The position numbers and the translations under genes were made by a program. The notes below the pieces were generated by a model. That model worked only from the letters and a program-made list of their open reading frames with translations. It had not been told where the DNA came from and ran no database searches. Below are positions 37,450 through 49,600 of a stretch of DNA of 64,000 nt, piece by piece. Source of the DNA: Bilabrum cf. latius (taxonomy: Eukaryota); contig OZ237747.1 in NCBI GenBank assembly GCA_965178125.1, positions 496,001 through 560,000 on the forward strand, read 5' to 3'. The first letter of the stretch is position 1. The number at the start of each line of letters is the position of its first letter.

Positions 37450-40400
37450 TTAATCCCGCCCGGCTGCACCCTCGCTTAGCTCCACCAGGCTGCGCCGCGA
37501 CTCAGCGTGTCCACTACCCCAGCCAACGCCAGCTTGCATGTCATGGGACGTATCCGATATATCGGCACCCCCTGCTCGAGCACTCGCTCCTGTGCTCGGG
37601 TCAGGGAGCCCCCACGCACTCTACCGTCCAGTGCCTCGCGATTCTGGTCTCGGTGGCATAGTCCCACCAAGTTTCGGCAGGGCCGACGTGGACGCAGCGT
37701 CGTTACTTCCAATCGCCATCCCTCCTAGTGGATGCCCCGCTCTTCTGCCCCGACGGATGTCTACCACTGATCTAGCCGCCTGCAAAGGCATCCTTGCCGC
37801 ACTTTTGGACTTACCTAGTGTCTTCTTCTTCGAAAAAACTCTAGTCCTGCCGTTCGCTCCTGGCACGCCCAATCCGTTGCTACGCTGCGCACTTGTGTGC
37901 GTCTACTGGCTAGCGCCCTTGAGGGCATCTCGCCTTGCATTCATTTCCAGGATGCGCTCCTTGGAAGCCTTTCTGGCTGCGGCGATTGCCCTCGCTGTCG
38001 TGTCCTGCGCCAGCGATGACTGGAAGCCCCTGACGGAGCGATCCGTATCTGGTGTCATCGGGTTGCGCTTGCCCTCCTCGTTTGAAGGCTCCAGTCGAGG
38101 TGCAAGGCTAGCTGGTGGCGGGGGACTCGAACCTAGACCACTCCGACCCAGCCGCGGGCGAATGGGAGATCCTTGGCCAGCTCCAGGCGAAGACAAACCA
38201 CCGGAGCGCCCGCCAAGCCGTGTGCCGGACCGGGACTACGAGATCCTGCCAGCCTCACCAGCCATAGATGTTGCCTGCAAGGAAGCCACGCTAGAGCCAT
38301 GCACGGCGGTGCCAAGGGTACCGCCACCAGAAGCATACCCAGCTCCGTCATGCATGGAAGCAGTAGCTCCTTCGTGCAGACCTGCCTTGCTGCCCCCGAA
38401 GAGCTGCACGGACATGTCTTTGGAGAGCTCCTTCAGCTGCCGCTACGTGGATCGCTGGCCTGACTTGGCAATGGCGGCATCTGCTTGGGCCTTGTGCAGA
38501 TCCTTCTTGAGTATTGCGTTCTCTTTCCGTAGCGTATTGACCTCGGACACGAGGACGTAATTCTCACCCTGCAGCCGGACGCTCTTCACCCTGCTCTTGC
38601 CAGCATCGCGCATCCGCTCTTGCCTGGCCTACTCCAATGCTCCCTAGAGGGCACGCTGCTAGTGCCTAACTTCCGTCACGGCACCAGGCGGCAAATCCTG
38701 CGCCTCTGCGCCGGCAAGCACGTTCAGCCGCGCATCCTCTTGATCATGCGTGTCCGCCCCATCTAGTGCGTCAGACACCGTCGGCTGGAGCGCTGCAAGC
38801 ACGGCTCGGACGTCACCCCTGCCCTATTGCGCCCTCTGACCGGCATCCTTTGCCTTGCTTCTGCTCATCGCAGCCGCTCTGGAGGCCCCGGGGGCGTAGC
38901 CGCGCAGCGGTGCAGATGGAAGCAGCTTGCCGGGAGACGACGCCGCAGCATCGATCACGGCCGCGCTATCAGACAGCTTCGGTCTTACAGCGGTCCGAGC
39001 TGCAGAGATCGGCCTTCCGACGTTGTGCTTGCGGATGAGTTTTTCGGCCTCAATCTTGGCCCTAGTAACGGCAGTGCGCAGTCCATACTTGTCGCGCTCG
39101 GTGAGCGAGTCAAATGCCCCTTCCTTGCCTGCTTTGGAGGACGAATCCTTCGACTGCACGGACGACCGACGCGCGATGCTGCGCGTGCCTAGCATGGTGC
39201 TGCTCAGCACGGTGCTCCCGCGACGCGCGGCCTGCTTTGCAGCTATCCCTGTGGTCACGCTTCGCGGCAGCTCACCCAGTGCGAGCTGCTTGTACACGGA
39301 GATGAGGGCTTCCTTCCATACCTGGCTGGTGGTAGACTAAGAGCTCTCGCCCGTGCCGGTTTGAGGAGATTTGTCTCCTTTCTTCGGCTTGTGGCCCTTG
39401 GCACTTCCTGAAAGACCCGCAGTCGATGCCTGTTTAGACTCTGCGGCGGCATCGGCTTCGTTCGAGAAGGCCTCACGAACTGCCATTTCCAGGGCGCCTG
39501 CCGCCTGCTTGAGCCGATTCTCAGCGCGCACAAGTTTCTGCTTGACGCCTTCCATCTCTGTCCTGATCGCTCGCGTTCTCCGCTCGGCCGCCTCCGCCCT
39601 CCGCTCGGATGCTAACTCTCGTTCCTTGGCAGCATTCACCTCGTCCGAGACTGCCGCAAGCTGCCGCACGGCCTCCTCCCTCTCTGCCAAGGCCGGCCTG
39701 GATTCTTCCTTCACGGCTTCCAGTTCATTTTTGAGGAGATCACGACTGCGCTCAAGCGCCCCTGCACGCCTGCGCTCACCCATCAGGTCCTTCAGGTGCA
39801 GGGCAGCCTGAGCCAGCTGCTCGCCCTGCTCAGATCTGAAGTCACGGAGCCTTTGGTGCAGCACCTGCTCACGGGCCTCCGCTTCTGCTCGCTTCTTTTG
39901 CTCCGCGGCCAAGTCTTCCTGACTTGACTGCACGGCCTGCTGCAGCTGCTCCACCTCAGACCGCAGCGCAGTCATCTTCACTCGGCTTTCAATTTGCGTG
40001 CGTCGCTGACTGGCTTCTGCCACGGCAGCTCTCTGCCGCAGTGTGATGACTTCGGTATCAGCAGTCTTCTCCTCCTCCTCCCTTCTGCCCTCGTACTCCT
40101 CTTGCATGAGCTCGATGTACCGATTAGATTCTTCTGTCTTGCGTCGCTCTTCGGCGAGAGCCTCGGCGAACTTGCGGGAGACGAGAGCTTCTGCCTTGTG
40201 CTGCTCCTCGCCGTCCTTGGCGCGCTGCAGCTCGGCGTCAGTGACCGCGTCCTCGTACTTCTCTCTCCAGCGCTGCGCCTCCTCCCTCGCCTCTGTAAGT
40301 CGTCTGGAAAACTCCATCTCGGCGCGCTCCCGCCACTGCCGGTGCCTATTCTCGCTCTCCGACTGCTCCTTGCGACGCTTGCTTTCAATCTCACCGGCTT

Positions 40401-43400
40401 CCTCGCGTTCTGTGGATAGCAGCTAGCGCAGCGAAGACAACTCCCCAGCGGAGTCTCCTCGCAGCCGGCTGGCGATGTCCTCGTGTCTCCTGGCCTGCTC
40501 GCTCAGCTGGTCCTCGCAGGCGCGCTTGACATCGCTCAGCTGGATCTGCAGGCCCACGATCGTATCGCGGGCCAGCCGCCAGTCACGTGTGGCTACCAGG
40601 GTAATGGCGTTGCTGGACGTGTTGGCCCCGGTCTCGCGCCCGCTGGAACCCGATACTAGGGCTAGCGCGTCATCTTTCTGAAACGCTGAGATGCCTCCTT
40701 GCAGTAAAGATGTGACTGCGGCTTGGCGACGCTGCCACATAGATGCCGCTTTCGCTGCGGGAAGAATGGCTGGAACCTGCTTGCCCGCAACGGATGCATC
40801 TGGCTGAGGGGTGGGTGCGTGGCGGGGGAAGGCAGGGTCAATGGATCCCTTCTTTGGAAGGCATGCGAGCGAAGATGGGAGGTCTGGCATAGCTCGATCT
40901 GAACTGGCAGCTTGCTGCACAATCCATGGATTCACCATGAGAGAGATGCAGCCATCACTACGACCCGCGCTGATCACGACGCACGAGTCGCTGGTGCTAG
41001 CAAGCCTAGCGACTGGACCCCTGTGCATGGGCACCCACCTAGCGCCAGCTCCTAGCGGCGTCAGCAGGAACAAAGGCGAGTGCTGCTGGTTGACGTCTCG
41101 GTCATCGTCCTCGTCTTGCAGCCCGCCAAAGGCAACGGCGCCTTGCAGCTTGTTCCATCTCATAGCACTGGATCTGCGACGTCGCAATGCCCCTTTCGGG
41201 GCTGCTGCTGAACCCACAGAGTCCAAAGAGACCAGCGAAGACGCCGATCCGCGCCGTCCTCGCATCGTAGAAGCACCAGGAGAGCCCTGAATTGTAACGC
41301 CTTTGGAGACGGAGCCACGTCTTCGGGACCCTGCGCCACTTACGGACCCACGCCTCCTTCGACGGTCCGAGTGCCCCGGCCTGGAAGCAGCCACATCGCT
41401 TACGTCGTCATCCTCCACGCGCTTCCCACGCGTGCTCATTGCATCTCTGAATCGTGCACGAATCTGCTCTTGCGACTTGCTTCGGTCTGCTTTGGCTTGC
41501 TGCCTGAGCTTCCTGGCAACAGGCGGTGGAGGAGGAGGTCGAATCACCCCAATGCAACCGTCGTCAGTCCCACCAAAGACGGCGGTCTACAAGTCGTACT
41601 GGGCTTCCACCGCCGCTTCGGCGCGCATATCTGCTGCATGCTTAGCCGCTTCTCGCATTGCCACTAGTGTCTCTGCATCCGGAGCAAATGAAGCGTTGTT
41701 AGCAGATGGCGCTGGCGCAGGCGCAGGTGCAGGAGCACGTGCTACCACGCTCTCGTCGCCACCGAAAGGCACTGCGCCAAGCTGTGCTCTCTCTCCGATA
41801 TCATCTGTGTCGTCGGTTGGAAGTCGGCGAGCGCGAGCCTCTGCCTTAGCCACAGCAGCTCCGAGAGCTCTTTTGAGCACCTTATCTGAGACAGGTGCTC
41901 TCGCTGCGACCACAGCGCACAAGGAGTGTGGCATGGGGGCAGCTGATACGTGCCCCTCGGCTCCGATGCGCTTGCCGAACAGATTTAAAAGCTCGCTGGG
42001 ATGCGACTCCCTAGGCACGTCGTGCATCTTGATCAGCTTGAGGCCGGCCATCTCGTCCACGTCGTCGTGTACCTCACCATCAGCGACTGCACCTTCAGCT
42101 CTCATCCTCTCCTCCGCGCCTTTTGCCGCCTACGAGGCCACTTTGGCCATCTAAACCGCCGATTTTCCCGTCCCTTCAGCCAATGAGCCGCGTCTCCCAC
42201 GCTTTCGCTTGCCATTTTTCCCAGGTCTCCCACCCGCGCGGCCGGTTGATACCAAGGTGTTCCCAGTCTGCGGTGCGCCGCCCCCTCCTCCAGGCTTGGG
42301 CCTTTTCCAGATCTTGCGGCCCTCTCCGATGTCTCCGCTCTTGTCCCGACCATGCTTCATGGCTGACACGATCGTGGGCGGACTAAATGGTGTGCTGCTG
42401 CTGCTCGTGCTGGGCTGGATTACAGCGGTGCGGCCATTGCGACCTGAGCTCGCCGCCACGAGTGCCATTGCTCCGCCAGGCATTTCGCCTCTATCCGCCC
42501 ACATGTCTACCAACTTCGTTGCTTGGACGGCAGCGGCGCGCTCTGCTTCCGTTCCAGCCCCCATGGTGCTCAGCCTTCTCTCCTCTCTGCCGCTTCCGGC
42601 CCCGCCCCACCTGTTCCTCTTCGCCCTCGCTCGCCGTCGCAAGCCAAGAAGCCGACCGTCGAGCGCGCCCCAGCATGGTTCCACGTCAAAGGTCTTGCCA
42701 GTCTGCGTGTCCACGACCTGCAGAAGGCTAGACCTCCTTCCCTTCCTCCCCTTGCCACCCGCTCCGCCCGCGCCGCCGGACGAAGAGTTCCTGCGCATGG
42801 GAGAATGCCCAAGAGCTCCGCCCCCAGAATCGCCCCGGTCAGCAGCTCTAGAAAACTAAAAAGCCATGCGTAGGTTCGCAGCCACATCTGCGTTGCCAGA
42901 TTCCCTGGCAATTCTCTCTGCCGCTCGCAGCGCCAGCTCCGAAGCCGCGTTGTTGACTGCATCAGCCAGGGCATTCAGGGCAGCGACCTCTGTATCCGTC
43001 CTCCCCGGTGCATGAGGCAGCCAGCAGAGGTGCCTCAGGGTCCCTGCACCGGTGGGCACCGGCAGCTCTGCTGACGGGCTCACGACCGGAGGGAGCGCTG
43101 ATGCTCTTGACCGAGTAGGGAGAAGCAGAATGGCGTCTTCTGGCTGCAGCTACTTCGACTTTGACTCCTTTTCGTGCTTGGCAAGAAGCTGCAGCACAGC
43201 TTCCACACCACCCCCCGTGTCACCACTGTTCGATGAATCCGCACCAGTGGCCGCCCGCTAAATTTGCATGGCTGTGACAGCGCTTTCTCTGACGTGTAGA
43301 CCTCCCATGGTACTTACTAGGAACTCAGATACCCGACCACCTTTCCAAGCGCATACAAGCCTAGTGTCTGCGTGTGTCCATGCAAGCCAGCGAGCGGGAC

Positions 43401-46400
43401 CTTTCCCTCCAATCAGCCTAGCAATGGGAACGCACAAGCCGCTGCATCCGGCGCTTGATGAGCCCTGCGACCCGAAGGGTCCAGCACTGGCTGGCGGCAG
43501 CATGGACGGGCTCGAATGGCACGCAAACACAGCGACACAGCTGTCGCATCCTACCGCGAGCATACCACCGCGCGACGAAAACTTGAGCTCGGCTGACTTG
43601 GCCCCAGTTCCGACCAGCTGACCCGCGTTCACAAGAGTCTTGGAGCCATCTGCGACCCAAAGCGCCTCGGCGCCCGCATTCCGCCTGGCAACAGCCATCC
43701 ATTGTCCAGACGGATGCAGCGCCGCACTCACGGGTGCGGTGGACCTCGGGTACCCCCTGGTTGCGATGGGCTACCGCGCGACCAGGTCCCACACAACCAC
43801 GCACGCATCGCGTCGCCCCACAGAAACAGCCATCGCTCGGCTTGCTGCTACCTGCAGAGTTCTAGTTCCTCCGACGTGGGATGCTTGGACGATCCAAGCG
43901 CCCTCTGCAGTCACTGGAGCCGCAACAGAGCTAACCGAGTCCGAGTGGGCAGATGATATGTCCCGGGACGGCGGGCGTGGCTTCCTCTTCCGAGGTCTGG
44001 GGGGGCTCCGCCCTCGGTCTGGAGATCCCGTTCTTGGTCTTGAAACATCCGACGAGCCGGAGCCGGCTGCAACCGCTGAATCAGGGGAGACCGGCGCATC
44101 GTTTCCGGTGGAGTGCCCCCTCCTTCGAAGGACCGGGGTTGGTGGAGGCTTGCTAGGATCAATGGGGGGCATCTCTCCAGGGTGACCTCTCGTGGACTCA
44201 TCCTTGGAGATGTCGGCTTCGGTTGCCTCTCTTTCCAGCAACCGAGTCAGCTGCTCCGTGTCCCAGATACACGCACCGCCGAGGCTGCTGCCGCCTGCCA
44301 GAAACGCGACCTGCCGTGCACCGGCGATTGCAATGGATCGAGCCAGGGCCATACGCTGCTTGCCAAGCCTGCTCATGTGCATGCCTCTGCCCTTGATCGA
44401 TTGCTTGGAGCTAGCCTCAGCTGCCATGGCCTCTGCCGCCGCAGCGGCTCGCTCCCGCTCCTCCCGATCTTCCTCGTCGTCTTCTGCCTCGGTCCCAGAG
44501 TTGTCCGCGCTCCCGTCTTCCAAGTCATCGCCCATCGCGCGGCGGATCTTCCTGATCGCATCGTCCGAGGACATCCGCTTGCCAGCCTGTCGAATGGCTC
44601 GATTCTGGACGCGTCCAAGCAACCGGCCCGGCCCGGGGCCTGGACCGATGCCCGCCGCAGCTGCCGCATCCGCAGCCGCCCACGGATCCCCAGTAACGAT
44701 CAGGATCGACTCGCCTGCTGCAGTTGGCTCCATGCCTACCAAGCACGCTGGAGGCCTCGCTTGTGCCCTGGCGCTGTCAGACTGCGTGAGGGAGGCACTC
44801 ACCACGTGTGCGCCATCCACGCTAGCGCCACCCTCTGACGGCCCAGCCGTCTCGCCCTCCACCGCGGCCGGGGACTCGTCCTCGTCCTCCCCACCCTGTG
44901 CGTCCGCAAGGGGCACTGGCAATCGGAGCGCCCTAACCAAATAGAACGGTCGCACACGAGTGCCTCGCAAGCGACCTCCACCACCTGCAGAGTGCGGCTC
45001 AACGGGCCGACCTACTGACCTGGCTTGCAGGGCAGTCTGGCTAGAGTACACCAGCAGCAGGCCACCTTCGCCACCCACGGCAAACCCCAATGCGTGCCTG
45101 CATATGCAGAGCATGCGAGGCAGCGGCTCAGAGGAATCGAGCTCCGCGTTGGTGCTGAAGAGAGACGCCTTTGAGCTGCCTACCACGAGGTTTCCTCCAG
45201 TCGCCCTGTCGGCACCCCCGCCTCCCTGGCCTGCCCTCATGACAGCAATAGCGTGCCAGTCCACCCACAGCTCTTGTGACACGCCACCGTCCGCAACAAT
45301 AAGCACTCGCTGCCGCCGAATCCAGTCCCGCATCGGTGCCCGAGCCGCCCTGTCCGCCTTCTGCACGGCAAGGTCCTCCTCTGATAAAAGGGCAGGCAGG
45401 CCGTCCGCGCCATGTGCCGAGGCAGAGCTTCCGGGCCTCTCTCCGAACTCCTCCTCGTCCTCCACAAGGAGCGCCAGCCGGTGGTTTTGCAGCCAGCACC
45501 AGTCAATGATCCGGCGACGGTCACCAACTCCGGAAAAAGCCGGATACTTTTTCAGGCCTGGCGTTCTGGTGTTTGATGCCAGCTTCTGCGCCGACTAGCC
45601 CGAGCCCGACGAGTCTACGGTTGTCCAGTCGGGCGGAACGAGTGCACCCCGGCCGCCTCCGCTGGCCCAGTGCTTCGGATCCGCGAGTTTTGTGCCCGGG
45701 GCCAGCTCAGCAGTGGCTGAGGGCAGCAGCAGTCGAAACATGCGCAGGCCGCCGCCGACCTCGGACACCACCGTCTCACGTATCCCGAGCACGTGCGTGC
45801 CCGCTGGGACGGAATCGCTGGCACTAGCTCTAGCTCCCATAGCACTCATCGCATCAGCACCAGCATCAACACCAATGGTTGGCGGCGCACGGCTGGCTCG
45901 CGGGGGAAGCCCGCCCCTGCCAGCGTCCCCTGCATCCCCGCCCTTGCTCTCCGAAGCAGCTAGTGTGGATGCACGATGCTCATCGCTTGCGGTGGAGGGC
46001 TGCTCCTCCGGCAGCTGGTACTCGGCCCAGGAGAGACACAGCTGGGTCGCATCCTGCGGGTTGAAGCACAGCCGGAGACCCCTGGTGCCAAGTCTGGCGT
46101 ACGACTGGGCAGACTCGTGCCCTGCCTCACCAGCAGCAGCACTGCCCTGACCACGGCCTCCTGTGGAGCCGCTCGTGGCAGCAAGCCCGCTTCGATCGCC
46201 AGGGATACGCGAGCCCATGGTAGAGCTAGATCCTCTCCTTTTCCTGGCAGTGGAGCCCCTCCTTGCCCTTGCGCCGCGTCGGCCGGTGGACGAGAGCTGG
46301 CTCGCCTGCGTGGAGCCGGGCTCCTCGACCTCCATGCCACTGGCAGGGGAGGTCTTCAGGTAGCCCCCCGCTGCGGTGGCGGGAGTCGTGCACAGCAGCC

Positions 46401-47092
46401 GAGACTGCGCCCAGTCGAACACTAGTATTCGGGCGGGGAGCCACTCCTCGCTGGCCTCCTTGTCTGCTGTTGCCCCACCACTCGCCATGGCGGCTCCGGG
46501 CTGCCGTTCGGCCTCCGCCGTCATTCCGTTGCCGCCACCTTCGCAGTGAAGCGCAAGAAATCTGCTTCTTCCATCAGTGCTGAATGCTGCCGCCCACACT
46601 CTCGAGTTTCTGCCCGTCGTGACTCGGACACGCTTCAGGAGAGCAAACTGCCAGCCGGTACTCAGGGGACCTGTCCCTCGCGATCTGCTTCCTGCCCCGC
46701 GCGTTATCTCTCGAGGACATAAATATATGCTGGCCTCGCAATCCCCCGTGTCGGCTCGCCGTTCAACGACGCAAAGAGCCCGGTTGTCGTGCGAGACACA
46801 CCAGCTTTCCAATCCATCAGCCCTTGGGTGCGATGGGACAATTCGCTGCCCGGAATCGGCAGAATCCGGAGCATTGTACACAATACGAGAGCCACACGCA
46901 TAGAACGAGCCTGTAATTATGAATGAGGAACAGGATAGGGCAACAGATTTTGCTAACGACGGAAGGAGCATTGAACCCGGAACACAGGAAGAAATAGGGC
47001 TTACCTCTGGCAGCAGTCGGTACAGCCTTCTGAGACTAAAGTGCTAGTTCAATTCCAAACAAGTGAGCTGGCCACGGTTCCCGTGCTGCCAT
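37450..47092 (-). CDS. CFAP57: CFAP57/WDR65-like flagellar WD40 + coiled-coil protein, expanded to ~3,180 aa
   Basis: Eleven track ORFs lie in one frame, joined by TAG. Intron 46911-47004; ends TAA 37450-37452. Motifs AHLFGI, ALHPSGQWMAV, FSSRGGMLAV and HRGPVARL...SDGCI, then a long coiled coil and C-terminal VRLQGENYVLVSEVNTLRKE. Confidence 0.75.
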
Positions 47093-47213
47093 GCTACTTG
47101 CAGACGAAGTGATTCGACCGCAACGGCAATATGGATGCCTCATCTTCAGTATGTGTAAGGTCGCAACTTGAGCAAGGAACCAAGAAACAGGTGCGACCGC
47201 TGCATTTTTGCGT

Positions 47214-47496
47214 TCCAAATCACACATCAAAACATCAACTCATTGCGTGTCGGTACCCATGGCTGGCCGCGCACTCCTGCGCGCACAGCAGAGAAGCCAC
47301 CGAGACAGATCCGGCGCGCAGAGCCGCCGCGTAGCTCCATTCGCCCAGATCCAGCCGGACGAGCCTCTCCATCCGAACGCTCACGCTGTTCCTGTCTTCC
47401 AGCCCCTCACTCAACCTTGGACACCTCGTCAAGCATGCGCCAAGGCGAGCGAACCTCTCCCCCACGGCCTGGCTCGAGTGCCCGTGCCTGCTCACC
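47214..47496 (-). pseudogene. Duplicated 3' fragment of the GT4 glycosyltransferase gene (copy of ~49574-49862)
   Basis: The 86-codon frame differs from the GT4 C-terminus at 7 residues and keeps the same TGA and the downstream TCCAAATCACACAT. No catalytic domain lies upstream of it. Confidence 0.8.
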
Positions 47497-48024
47497 TTCT
47501 AGTCCGGTTGGGGCAGCTCAGAGGTGGAGGTCCTGTGGCACTATATCATAGACCACGTTATACAGGATCGAGGAGAGCTGCAGCAGGCTCCAGTCTGAAT
47601 TTACTACTGCGCCACACAGGTCCTCGATACTCCTCATTGCCGAGCCGACCTGTCGTTCCAAGTGCTTGGCTGGGTTCAGTACATGGAGGCTCTTTACAAT
47701 GCTATCGTCCATCTTGACATATTTCCGCTCGGTGCATAGACGGAAGCCTACGTAGTCATATCGGTGCACTAGCTTGATTGCTTCAGGTGGGCCCTAGCAC
47801 GTCGTGTCCGGAGCTGTCCGACTCATCAATTTCCGCAAATGCGCAGGATCCAACGTGGTGGCAGACCCTTGCTCCGGACACGACGTACCGGGGTCCACCT
47901 GAAGATCTGTGCATCTTCCGACTATGCTGGCCCGAAACAGTGCGAGACGACGTTTTCCGCAACATCCAGGGTTGGTCGCAAGGCCAGCAGACCCAGAGCA
48001 AAACAAGGCCACTCCGCTCGCAAG

Positions 48025-49491
48025 ATGGAAACGCATCTCGGCCAACTGGTGTTGAGCGCCCGTAGATACAGAGATGCTGAGGGTGACTGGTCTACCTCCG
48101 AATTAGAGGCAGCGTGTGTAGGTAGCTACACCGGTTCAGTCTGGAGATCTGTGCATGTTGTCACAAAGCAGTCTACCTTCCGACAGATTCATTGGCCCCG
48201 CAGGCACACCCTAAATAATCTCGTTGTATCACTCGTGGAGGGAGACTTGGGGGCTGCTCGGTCACTTGCGCGGCTGGTGAAGGGAAGACAGCTATTCGGG
48301 CAGCCGATCGTAGACTTCCCTCTGAGTTTCGACATTAAGGAGCAGGGCGAGGGACTGCGAAAGAAACTTGGAGAGGATACATGCATTACCAGCATGACCC
48401 CTCTGCACATTGCAGCCATGCTGGGCAGCGTTGGCATGTGCAAATGTCTCATCGAAGAGCTCGGCGCCAGCGAGCTGTAGAGGTCATCCAGTTTGGTAAG
48501 GTAGGATGTCTTACTAGACAACACAACAACACTAAGTCACCTTCGGCTTAGGATAGACTCGACCCGAACGTATTGACCCTGCTTTACCACGACGGCGAAT
48601 ACGCAGGCGCCTCTTGTCACTGCTTTCGAAATAGCTGCTCGCATGAATGAGGTTCACACTGCCAGGTACCTTCTACAAAAACACAAGTATCATGTGCCCG
48701 AATTATTTCAAGAAGGATGGGTTGGTACGGTATCCGGCACGCAGATGGCCTTGGACGCAGGGGCTGTGCATCTCGAACACACACAAGAGTTCAGCACGCA
48801 ATCTACAGGCAACTTGCTCTCATAGGCAATAAGCTACAATTTTGGCCAAGTCGTGGTACTACTCCTGCTGCGAGGTGCAGACCCTATGGCTCCAATCAAG
48901 GACTCTGAAGTTATCAGTGTGTCAGCAATTGCGATTCCGCGCAGTTTTCTGGTCTGGTCCCGGGGCCACAACAGAACCTGGGAAGCTCTCGACAAGCACG
49001 GGCTTCGAGAGCCTGGACGAGAGGTAACGAGACAGGAAGCCTTGGACGCCATCTTCGCGGAGTTGGGCTCTGAGCACTTCCCAGACATGCCCGAGGCGCA
49101 CCCTTCGCGGCGGCGGTGGGCCACGGTGTGCCGATTCCGGCATGCGCACGACGCCCAGCGAGACGCAAGGCTTGCATTCAGGTCCGCTGCGGATGGTCGG
49201 CCGCTAGAGCTGAACAAGCGCTTGAAGCTGGGGCACCTGGCGGGGTGCATGGCCCGGGTCTTCAGCCGTGAGGGCAGAGGCGGCGAAGCGTCCTGGCGTG
49301 GCACGCTGGCCGCAGCAGCTCTGGAGGGGGGCCACGACGAGTGCGTGAGAGTGCTGCGGGACTGGCAGTGGCAGGAGGACTACAGATTGAGGCGAATCGC
49401 AGTCCGGAATGGCCTCCCGCCGAACAAGCCCACCAACGAGAAGAAGCAGGAAGAGGGAGAGAGCGGGACAGGGTGTTGCCATATCTCGTGA
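48025..49491 (+). CDS. Ankyrin-repeat protein with a C-terminal CaaX-like motif
   Basis: Repeats TPLHIAAMLGSVGMCKCLIEELGA, TAFEIAARMNEVHTARYLL and NLLS*AISYNFGQVVVLLLLRGADP. Intron 48496-48606; TAGs at 48478 and 48823; ends GCCHIS-TGA. Start codon uncertain. Confidence 0.8.
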
Positions 49492-49600
49492 TGCGGGCGG
49501 GAGATGTATACGCTGACTGTGTCTGTGTGTACACTGAAGCCGTTTGCAAGCTTCTTGCGCAGCATCATCGCGATCCAAATCACACATGGAACGCCCGGAA

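Noticed and set aside
47518-48035. Possible ~172-codon minus-strand gene (with TAG read-through at 47794)
   Set aside because: It has no recognisable motif and overlaps the likely start of the ankyrin gene, so I cannot support it without transcripts.
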